A DNA stretch of 64,000 nt, taken from IMG/VR virus record IMGVR_UViG_3300035130_000204; one strand, 5' to 3'. Origin of the DNA: an uncultured virus (IMG/VR IMGVR_UViG_3300035130_000204) (lineage: Duplodnaviria > Heunggongvirae > Uroviricota > Caudoviricetes). The translations under genes and the position numbers were made by a program. How positions within the stretch are numbered: the first letter of the stretch is position 1; the number at the start of each line of letters is the position of its first letter. Shown piece after piece: positions 55,402-62,685 of the stretch. The notes beneath the pieces were generated by a model. That model was not told where the DNA came from, searched no databases, and saw only the letters and a list, made by a program, of their open reading frames with translations.

Positions 55402-55434
55402 CCCGACGTAGCATGTGCTAGGTCGGGGTGTCAA
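55402..55434 (-). promoter_or_regulatory. Promoter with TAGCAYRTGYTA operator-like palindrome
   Basis: TTGACA-N8-TAGCACATGCTA-CGTCGGG. Confidence 0.65.
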
Positions 55435-55676
55435 CGATTTTTTCGCTCTTGCCAGTGCTCGCGCACCTTGCGCTTGGCGCCGTCGAGACTGCGGGACTCC
55501 AAGATGTACCGTTCTTGGTCGTGAGGTTCGACCAGGCACACCTCGAAGTCCCAGCGTATGAGGTTGCCGTCTGCGTAAACGGCAATGTTTTGGCTGACGA
55601 GGTAATCCTCCCACCGCCAGATCGACATGGGCTTGCCCTCGTTGTCGCGGACGGTGGTGCGTTTCCAGTTGGCCAT
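55431..55676 (-). CDS. Hypothetical protein
   Basis: 81-aa ORF in operon. Confidence 0.55.
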   Translation of the reverse strand: MANWKRTTVRDNEGKPMSIWRWEDYLVSQNIAVYADGNLIRWDFEVCLVEPHDQERYILESRSLDGAKRKVREHWQERKNR

Positions 55677-55685
55677 CTTTTCTGC

Positions 55686-56048
55686 CTATAGCAGATTTTT
55701 GTCCAGGCTGTCAGCGGCCTGTAGTGTTGTGCGGATCTTTTCAGAGAGCTTGGCTCGCATGACGGTGACGGGTTCGATGGGCTCGGGCCAGACGGTAATT
55801 TGGCTCGGCGTCATGCAAAGCGGGCTCTTGTGCCCCGTCCAACCTCGACGACGCATTTCGGCTACGAGCATCTCGTGGCGCCTCGCGAGCGCGGGAAGGT
55901 GTCCCTTCCAGCGCTTCGTCTCGGGGTGGTTGCGGTAGCCTTTGCGCCCCTCGGTGAGCACGGTCCAGATACAGTGAAGCTCGTTGTGCTCACCGAGGAG
56001 ACGTCGGTCGTCGAGGCAGAACGGTGGGATCGGGTGCCAGATGCGCAT
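55686..56048 (-). CDS. Pyrimidine-dimer DNA glycosylase (DenV/endonuclease V-like)
   Basis: MRIW...LDDRRLLGEHNELH...NHPETKRW...LVAEMRRRG. Confidence 0.85.
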   Translation of the reverse strand: MRIWHPIPPFCLDDRRLLGEHNELHCIWTVLTEGRKGYRNHPETKRWKGHLPALARRHEMLVAEMRRRGWTGHKSPLCMTPSQITVWPEPIEPVTVMRAKLSEKIRTTLQAADSLDKNLL

Positions 56049-56050
56049 AA

Positions 56051-56419
56051 TCAATCCTTTTGGGTGTACTTGTCCCAGACGGCTTGCGTGTCGACGATGT
56101 CCTCGGCCAGGCTGTAGAGCCTCTGCGAACGCTGTCGGTGCTGCTCCAGGATCGTCTCGACGCGACCAAGCATTCTCCTGAGGACGTCAAGCAGCTCTGG
56201 CGGGAATTCCGGGTCGCTCTCTGCCGTGTAGACGTAGTCGACGTAGAGCTGTGCGACGCCGTTGTACGTCAGTGGCAGGTCGGAGTTGTTGATGATGTGC
56301 ATGGAGTTCTGAATGGCTGCCATGCGCGTGGCGGTGTCACCATCCCAGGCAGGCTGCAGGGCCTTGGCGGCGTTGTTGAAAGTGGCGCGCCAAGCGGCGC
56401 GCCGCTCCTTGCGGCTCAT
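56051..56419 (-). CDS. Hypothetical protein
   Basis: AGGAGGAG RBS. Confidence 0.65.
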   Translation of the reverse strand: MSRKERRAAWRATFNNAAKALQPAWDGDTATRMAAIQNSMHIINNSDLPLTYNGVAQLYVDYVYTAESDPEFPPELLDVLRRMLGRVETILEQHRQRSQRLYSLAEDIVDTQAVWDKYTQKD

Positions 56420-57600
56420 GTCTCCTCCTTGGCTACGGAGTATTCGTGCCCGCGCAGGGCAGTGGCTACGTCCTTGCCACGAATGTGCGGGGCGATCCAG
56501 ATGAGCTTGCGCTCGGAGTGACGAGGTCCGCACGCCTGGCGTCGGTAATGCCCACGCACGACGGTGCGCACGGTGATCTTGCGATCGGTCGCACGGCCAG
56601 AGCGATACGCCTCACGGATTCCTGGTGCGATCTTCACGTTGCTCCGTACCAGCGTGAGGTTGTGTGGCGGCAGCCCGCCGTGACGTGCAGCACGACGACC
56701 CTTCTTGGTGCTCTTGAGTTGCACTCGCTCAGTGGCGGCCTGGTCGCTCGTCAGAAACAGAAGCATGTTGAGCACGAAGCGCTGCAGTAGCTCCATGCCG
56801 GCACGTTTTGGCACTACGGAGCCAAGGATCTTGGCGCTGGTCGCTTCGACGTAGGACTCGTAGATGGTGCCCGCAAGCTCGTTGTGTTTGGCGTCGAGCT
56901 GCGAGCAGAGAGTCTCCACGCTCTTGTGTGGGTCTGACAGTGGCACAGTCCAGTGTACGAAGTTGTTGTCGAGCACGTCGGAGGAGTTTGCGTTTGGCTC
57001 GGTGTCCGCGACGATCAGCAGGCGACGGCCGCACAGATCCAGATATGGCGAGTTGTAGTAGCCCTCACAGACGTACAGGGCCCGCGTATCGTGCCAGCCG
57101 GTCAGACGATGGTAGAGCGACAGGACTCCGCGCGGAAATTCGACGTAAATGGCAGGCAAAGGCATACGCACGTCCTCAGGACGAAGACCCTGTGCGTCTG
57201 TCGCCAGAAGCGCGTGAACGAGCGCGTCCTCAAGACGAAACCAGCACTTGCCGTACTCACGCCAGCGCGCGGAGCACCAGGCGAGCACGCTGTCTGTGCG
57301 GCAGCGGTCCTGAAGCTCGATGTCCATCTCGTCCTGGGGCAGGTACAGCAAGCTGCCCGGTGCTGCTGCGACGTCATCGCTCCAGACGCGCAGCCAGTCG
57401 GCTCCAACGTCTGTGTGGGGGTCAAGCAGCTCGGAGTACCAGCCGCAGTCCTTCGCGGCTTCTGGGCAGCGCTCCTCGGCGAGGGCGTTGACGATCTCGG
57501 CCCGGTGCCGAAAGGTTGGTTTGCCGCGCTTGATGGCGTCCTGGGAGGCGATGTACATGCCTTCCAGTCGCGGCCATGCGCGGACGACGGCCGGTTGCAT
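56416..57600 (-). CDS. Phage protein with C-terminal VRGH..RQ..GP...LIWIAPH..G motif
   Basis: VVRGHYRRQACGPRHSERKLIWIAPHIRG, a motif I recall from phage proteins of unknown function. Confidence 0.7.
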   Translation of the reverse strand: MQPAVVRAWPRLEGMYIASQDAIKRGKPTFRHRAEIVNALAEERCPEAAKDCGWYSELLDPHTDVGADWLRVWSDDVAAAPGSLLYLPQDEMDIELQDRCRTDSVLAWCSARWREYGKCWFRLEDALVHALLATDAQGLRPEDVRMPLPAIYVEFPRGVLSLYHRLTGWHDTRALYVCEGYYNSPYLDLCGRRLLIVADTEPNANSSDVLDNNFVHWTVPLSDPHKSVETLCSQLDAKHNELAGTIYESYVEATSAKILGSVVPKRAGMELLQRFVLNMLLFLTSDQAATERVQLKSTKKGRRAARHGGLPPHNLTLVRSNVKIAPGIREAYRSGRATDRKITVRTVVRGHYRRQACGPRHSERKLIWIAPHIRGKDVATALRGHEYSVAKEET

Positions 57601-57708
57601 GGTGTCCCTCCTTGGCCGTCCTGAAGACGGCAGATGGCGCGCCTGGCGGGGGATGCTCCCACAGTGGTCTTTACCCCACCGTTGCGGCGGGCAGGCGCGT
57701 ACTCAGGA

Positions 57709-58089
57709 TTACTTGGTGACGACGCTCGCGGCGAGGTCGTGGGCGAGCGATAGGATGGCGTCGCGAGCTTGCGGGTCGGCGGCGTCGCAGGCGTCGGCCG
57801 CCTCGCGCAGCAGCTCGACGGCGTTGGCGAGCGCCTTGTCCTCCTCGGAGAAATACTCGACGTAGCCACCGTAGTGCGGGGTCGCCTCTATGCCGCCCTC
57901 GCGCAACGCAAAGACGTGATCTGCGTCTGAGTCGCACACGCGACAGTAGGCATCCAACGAGTCGTCCCAGTCGGCATCGTCGACAGGGCCTAGCTGGTGC
58001 GTGGTGCCGTCGAAGGCCTGCCACACCATGCGTCGCAGCATCAGCAGCTGCGAGCCGCAGCGTGGGCACTTGTAGAAGGTGCGTGGCAT
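57709..58089 (-). CDS. Zinc-ribbon protein
   Basis: YKCPRCG...W..S..AYCRVC; similar to the N-terminus of the next gene. Confidence 0.6.
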   Translation of the reverse strand: MPRTFYKCPRCGSQLLMLRRMVWQAFDGTTHQLGPVDDADWDDSLDAYCRVCDSDADHVFALREGGIEATPHYGGYVEYFSEEDKALANAVELLREAADACDAADPQARDAILSLAHDLAASVVTK

Positions 58090-58598
58090 CAGTCGTCCTC
58101 GGGCTCTGGAATGCCCGTAAAGCCCTCGGGCACGACGTGGAAGTCGATCCACTCCGTGTCGTCGCGGACGGCGACGGTGCGGCCGATGACGGAGTCCAAG
58201 TCGGTGAAAATGGCGTCGCCGCCCTTGGACAGCGAGATGGCCAGTCGGCCCTCGTCGAGCGCGGCCTGAACGGCCTTGGCCTCGGCCTCGATCTCGTCAG
58301 TGTCGCCCGACAGCTCGATGGTCACGCGCATGTGGCCCGTGACGTTGAGGTGAACGTCGAAGCGGCGCGGCTGCGGCGTGTTGGGGTCGCGACCGGCGAC
58401 GGCCTCGTCGAGGACGAACTCGGCACCGCAGTGGCGGCAACGCGCTTCGGTGCTGCCGTCCCACTCGACGCCGATGCCGACGTCGGTGGTCTGATCGTCG
58501 CCGTCGAAGTTGAACTCGGCCGGCGCGATGATGGTCAGCAGCTGGTGCCCGCACTCGGGGCAGGCGTATTTGGTGTTTGGGTTGTCGTGCTCGCTCAT
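58089..58598 (-). CDS. Zinc-ribbon protein
   Basis: YACPECG...WDGSTEARCRHC. Confidence 0.65.
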   Translation of the reverse strand: MSEHDNPNTKYACPECGHQLLTIIAPAEFNFDGDDQTTDVGIGVEWDGSTEARCRHCGAEFVLDEAVAGRDPNTPQPRRFDVHLNVTGHMRVTIELSGDTDEIEAEAKAVQAALDEGRLAISLSKGGDAIFTDLDSVIGRTVAVRDDTEWIDFHVVPEGFTGIPEPEDD

Positions 58599-58602
58599 GG
58601 CG

Positions 58603-58878
58603 TCAGCCCTCCTTCCTGGTCACGTCGCCGTCGCATCCGATGGCGAAGGCGGGAAGCGCCTCGACCTGCAGACCCGGGTAGGTGCCGTCCGTGTCGACCT
58701 TGCCCAGCACGCCGTGCTGACCCTCTTCGGCGTACTCAGGATCTTCGTACCACTGCGCGTCGTCATACTCGCTGTAGACCTCGCGCAGGTCGCCGCGCGT
58801 GGGCTCGTACTCGCTGTCGATGACGACCAGCGCGGTGTGACGTGTGAGCAATGACAGCTCACAAACGTACTTTGGCAT
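58603..58878 (-). CDS. Hypothetical protein
   Basis: AGGAGGGACAACATG start. Confidence 0.65.
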   Translation of the reverse strand: MPKYVCELSLLTRHTALVVIDSEYEPTRGDLREVYSEYDDAQWYEDPEYAEEGQHGVLGKVDTDGTYPGLQVEALPAFAIGCDGDVTRKEG

Positions 58879-58888
58879 GTTGTCCCTC

Positions 58889-59149
58889 CTAGCGTCCTGA
58901 GGACAGTTTGATGACGGTCATTTCTGGTGGTAGCGGTGTTTTGTGCAGAACAAGGCGCCCAGCTGCAGTGACGGTGATGTCGGTGAGCAGTCCGTCGCAG
59001 TCGTTGCCGGTGATTAGACCGCGACGAAAAAGCGATGCGACCGTTCTCCAGTCGCGACGGCCTGCGCATTCCCAGCACAGCATTCCGTCAGCGACCCGTT
59101 GCAGTATTGCGATCTGCCGTTGCGACAGGCGCGGCGTTTTAGCGCCCAT
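58889..59149 (-). CDS. Small winged-helix-like protein
   Basis: LSQRQIAIL...TVASLFRRGLI...VTAAGR. Confidence 0.5.
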   Translation of the reverse strand: MGAKTPRLSQRQIAILQRVADGMLCWECAGRRDWRTVASLFRRGLITGNDCDGLLTDITVTAAGRLVLHKTPLPPEMTVIKLSSGR

Positions 59150-59697
59150 CAGGACGCCTTTCTTGGGTTCTTGGCCTTCTCCAGCTCCAGCTCGCGCTGC
59201 AGCTCCTCGGCCTCCCACTCGGCCTCCATCGCGCGGCGCACGGCGGCGATGGTGACGCGCACGGTGTCCTCGGCAAGGACCCCGGCTGCGACCAGCTGCA
59301 GCAGGACGTCCTGACCGCTGACGTGGCGCTCCTGGTTGGCGTAGACGAGCGCCCCCTCCAGGCTGTCGTCGCGCACGAAGTGCTCGGCGAGCGCCGTGGC
59401 GTGGCCACTCGGGTCGCTCTCCTCGATTTTCACGTTGTCGTCGACCTCGACGGTCGTAAATCGCACGGTGGCGCCGACGTGGCTGTAGCTCGGCTCCCTG
59501 GCGGGCCTGACGTGGATGTCCCGCAGCGTGACGGGCACGGCCGTGTAATCCAGCTCCTGCTCGTAGGTCACGACGACGTACCGACCGGCTAGCAGCGTCT
59601 GCTTCGCGTGCCAGTCGTTCTTGCGCTTGTCGGGTCTAGGGTTGGGGATGGGCTCGGGCAGCGTGTAGCAGCCCGACTCTAGATCGCGCAGGTTCAT
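59149..59697 (-). CDS. Hypothetical protein
   Basis: AGGAGGGACACCATG start. Confidence 0.65.
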   Translation of the reverse strand: MNLRDLESGCYTLPEPIPNPRPDKRKNDWHAKQTLLAGRYVVVTYEQELDYTAVPVTLRDIHVRPAREPSYSHVGATVRFTTVEVDDNVKIEESDPSGHATALAEHFVRDDSLEGALVYANQERHVSGQDVLLQLVAAGVLAEDTVRVTIAAVRRAMEAEWEAEELQRELELEKAKNPRKAS

Positions 59698-59812
59698 GGT
59701 GTCCCTCCTTCCGGCGTCATTGCCGGCTTCCAAGCGACCGACGTCCCGCAGGACGTCGGCCCCTTGCGAGCCGGCAGGCTCGCGTTGTCTTGTGTGTCGC
59801 CGTCCTGAGGAT

Positions 59813-60739
59813 TCAGGCGGCGTCCTCGTCGGAGTTATTGGCGGGAACCTCGGGGTCGGGCCCCGCGTCTTCGATGATGAGGCGCGCGGGGTCGAGCGGG
59901 ACGTTGGGCTCGGGGTTGGGTCGGCGCTCGGCGCAGTAGTTGGCGAGCATGTGCGAGACGACGCCGGCCCGCGTCCTGGCGGCCACGTACCGTGGCTTGT
60001 CGTCCTCCTCCTTGGTGTCGCCGTACCAGACCTTCCAGAGCGGCATGGGCTTGGCCGGCGGCCGTGCCACGGTGCCGCCGAGGGCCTCGGCGACGCGAGC
60101 CGCCGTGGCGAGGTCCATTCGGATCGTGAAGTCGCTTGCCTCGCGGCGGTCGCCCGGAAAACAAGTGCCGTCGCGGCTGCTCGCTTCGACGTCGAGCGTC
60201 TTCAGGATGGCGACAAGCTGCTCGCCAAAAGCGCTTGCCTCGTCAACCGACGCTTTGCGCCGCGCCTCGGTGCGCTGCTTGAGGTCGCGCTCGGCGTGAA
60301 CGGCAGCCACAGCGTCGGCGTCGGCCGCGATGTGCGCCTCCGCGCCGGGACCGTGGAGCCGGAAGGTGTCAGGGAGTTGGCAGAGGTGCTCGCTGTCGGC
60401 TCGGCTGGAGTCCAGGTTGCCGACGAGCAGGTGCCGCTGGTAGAACCGCTGGCGCGGCTCGCTGTCGTCCCAGCGGTCCCAGGTGTTGACGGATAGCGAG
60501 AGCCTGTGCTCGGACTTCCAGATGATCGGGCGCTTGCCTGTCAGCGGCTCCTGGCGATAGGTGGCCTTGTCGTTAAGGCGCACCGTGGTGTCGCGAGCGA
60601 GCACGAGGTCGTTCATCTCGCGGTCGAATGGGTCACGCATGTGCAGGGCCTGCACATGGCGCGCGTCCTTGCTTTCGGGCACGAGATAGCCTGCGGCTCT
60701 CGCCATGCATCCCTCGCACCACACAATTTTGGTCCTCAT
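59813..60739 (-). CDS. Hypothetical protein
   Basis: AGGAGGGACAACCCATG start. Confidence 0.7.
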   Translation of the reverse strand: MRTKIVWCEGCMARAAGYLVPESKDARHVQALHMRDPFDREMNDLVLARDTTVRLNDKATYRQEPLTGKRPIIWKSEHRLSLSVNTWDRWDDSEPRQRFYQRHLLVGNLDSSRADSEHLCQLPDTFRLHGPGAEAHIAADADAVAAVHAERDLKQRTEARRKASVDEASAFGEQLVAILKTLDVEASSRDGTCFPGDRREASDFTIRMDLATAARVAEALGGTVARPPAKPMPLWKVWYGDTKEEDDKPRYVAARTRAGVVSHMLANYCAERRPNPEPNVPLDPARLIIEDAGPDPEVPANNSDEDAA

Positions 60740-60853
60740 GGGTTGTCCCTCCTGGTTGCTGACCTAGCACGGGCCGCCGTCCGCGGGGACGACGGCCCGT
60801 GGCGGGCCAGCAGCCCGCGTTGCGTTTGGTTAGAATCCTGAGGATGTTGCCCG

Positions 60854-61174
60854 CTAGTCGCGGGCCTCGATGTCATCGGGTGGGACCAGCTCTTCATCGC
60901 CGGTGAGCAGTACGGCAATGGGCTCGATGCACTCCTCGCCCTCCTCGTCCTCGCACACGCCGCAGAGAACCACGCGGCGCTCGCCGTTGACCGTCCAGGC
61001 CATGCCCTGCAGGCCGTCCTCGAAGGCCCCGCAGTGTGCCAGGAGGTCCAGGGCCTCGATCTCCTCCTCGGTGAGGTCGCCGGCCTCCGGTGGAGCCTCC
61101 GGTGCGTCCCGTCGAGCCTCCCGCTGGGCCTGGCGCACGGCCTCCAGGCTCACCACTCCAGCTGCTTCTGCCAT
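60854..61174 (-). CDS. Acidic hypothetical protein
   Basis: 106-aa ORF. Confidence 0.6.
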   Translation of the reverse strand: MAEAAGVVSLEAVRQAQREARRDAPEAPPEAGDLTEEEIEALDLLAHCGAFEDGLQGMAWTVNGERRVVLCGVCEDEEGEECIEPIAVLLTGDEELVPPDDIEARD

Positions 61175-61327
61175 GATTCACCCCTGGTTCATGGGCGCCC
61201 ACCCCTGGGCGCCGTGTTTTGGGGGCTGGCGCGGGGGTCGCACCCGCACGCGCCCGATGCCCTGGGCGCGTTCTAGCTTTGCCAGCCGGCCCTGCGACGT
61301 CCTCAGGACGTAGCCGGGGCGCGCGGC

Positions 61328-62539
61328 CTACTTGGCCGCAGCCATCATCTCGGGATCGGGCGCGGAGCCCTTGTCGGGCTCGGAGTCTCCCTTCGGCGCG
61401 GGGCGGAACAGCGGCGCCAGCTCGAGCTGGGCCTCGTCAACCAGACCGGCCTCCTCGATGGCCGCGTTCGTGGCCTCGTCGCGCTTGCTGGAGGCGGCGG
61501 CCACGAGGTACTCCTGCTGCTGCGACAGACCCGACAGGTCCGTCTCGGCGAGCGCGGCCTGGTAGGCCTTCTCATCCTGGGCGGCGCCGGCCACCCAGGA
61601 CTTCGTGGCGCACTTGACCATGTCGACGGTCTGCGCGAGCGAGACGCTGACCTCCTCGGGGAGGATAAGGTCGGCGCCCGCGATGTCCGCGAGCGCGTTA
61701 CGGGCCAGCGAGGCCCGCGCTTTGGCCACGATGGGGACGCGCTTGGCGCGCGGCAGCTTCATGGCCTCGGCGCTCGTCATGCCCTTGGGAAGGGCGCTGG
61801 ATGGGGCCCGCGCGAGGACCTCCGCTTCGTCGTCGTGCTGGGCGCGCTCGACGCGCTCGAACACGGAGCCGATCTGGTCGAGCAGGGCCGCCACGGCGGC
61901 CTTGCTGTCACCGCTCGACTCGTAGAGCGCCCAGTCGAAGACGATCTCGCAAGAGCGGCGGCGCAGCTTGTCGCTGCCCTCCGCGACGGGGATCTCTTGC
62001 TGGTTGAACTTGCGGCAGTTGACGGCGCACGCGGCGAGTGCCCTGGCCAGGTCGTGCCGGTTGGCGCCGGGAATTACGGTCCCCAGTTTGGTCTGGACGC
62101 CCAGCTTGCGTACAGCGCGGTAGCACCACTGCTTGAGTGCGTCGGCGTCCTTGATGTCCTGAGTATTCTCGATGATCGACTCGCCGCGATAGCGGGTGAT
62201 CTGCCGGCCGTCGGCGTCCACCTCCACGCCGTCGACCGTCCGCTCGTTGTGCCTGCCACCTCGGATGCCGATCGAGGTCTGAGCGATCAGGCCGACCACC
62301 TTTGTTACTCGCCCCTCGATGTCCTCGTAGCTCGGCCCGTCGCCCACGCCCTTCACCTGGCGGAACTGCTCCAGGAGCAGCTCCACCCGGGTCGGAGTCT
62401 TGGGCTCGGCGCTCTTTTTTTTGGGCTTTGCCTTGGGCTTTGCCTTGGGCTTGGCGCTGTTCTTCTTGGCCTTCCCGTGCTGGCGCTTGGCCGTAGGAGT
62501 GGGAGACTTGCCCGATCCCTTCGCCGTCGTGCTGCTCAT
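61328..62539 (-). CDS. Hypothetical protein with Lys/Pro/Ala-rich N-terminal tail
   Basis: AGGAGGGACACCATG start; KPKA repeats encoded by a 12-bp tandem repeat at 62421-62455. Confidence 0.75.
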   Translation of the reverse strand: MSSTTAKGSGKSPTPTAKRQHGKAKKNSAKPKAKPKAKPKKKSAEPKTPTRVELLLEQFRQVKGVGDGPSYEDIEGRVTKVVGLIAQTSIGIRGGRHNERTVDGVEVDADGRQITRYRGESIIENTQDIKDADALKQWCYRAVRKLGVQTKLGTVIPGANRHDLARALAACAVNCRKFNQQEIPVAEGSDKLRRRSCEIVFDWALYESSGDSKAAVAALLDQIGSVFERVERAQHDDEAEVLARAPSSALPKGMTSAEAMKLPRAKRVPIVAKARASLARNALADIAGADLILPEEVSVSLAQTVDMVKCATKSWVAGAAQDEKAYQAALAETDLSGLSQQQEYLVAAASSKRDEATNAAIEEAGLVDEAQLELAPLFRPAPKGDSEPDKGSAPDPEMMAAAK

Positions 62540-62558
62540 GGTGTCCCTCCTTTGCAGC

Positions 62559-62633
62559 GGTGCGCTATGCGGGAATCGAACCCGCTGACCAAATCCTCAG
62601 GATTGTGATCACTGATACCAAATCAGATAACGC
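62559..62633 (-). ncRNA. tRNA-like element with non-canonical D and anticodon arms
   Basis: Acceptor GCGTTAT/ATAGCGC, T-arm GCGGG-TTCGATT-CCCGC, discriminator A then CC; 73 nt to the discriminator. Confidence 0.75.
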
Positions 62634-62636
62634 ATG

Positions 62637-62667
62637 CCCAGGCAACATCCTCAGGATGTTGCCTGGG
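62637..62667. repeat. 31-bp palindrome centred on the TCCTCAGGA box
   Basis: CCCAGGCAACATCCT-C-AGGATGTTGCCTGGG. Confidence 0.9.
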
Positions 62668-62685
62668 GTTAGAGCCCGGCGACCC

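Larger units (their letters stand above)
5394..62657. repeat. Dispersed palindromic box RTCCTNAGGAY (at least 24 copies)
   Basis: Copies start at 5394, 7214, 10995, 11340, 13854, 13983, 30644, 32471, 34769, 35851, 40965, 42140, 42291, 44037, 49585, 50596, 51950, 57172, 58894, 59802, 60835, 61299, 62593, 62647. Confidence 0.9.

Noticed and set aside
62559..62633. Functional canonical tRNA (Ser-UGA or Leu-GAG)
   Set aside because: No 5-bp stem with a 7-nt loop and U33 can be formed, and D-arm invariants are missing
5394..62657. CRISPR array or hammerhead ribozymes built on the box (CTGAGGA fits CUGANGA)
   Set aside because: Copies are short and irregularly spaced; at the sites I inspected there is no stem II plus GAAA and stem III arrangement
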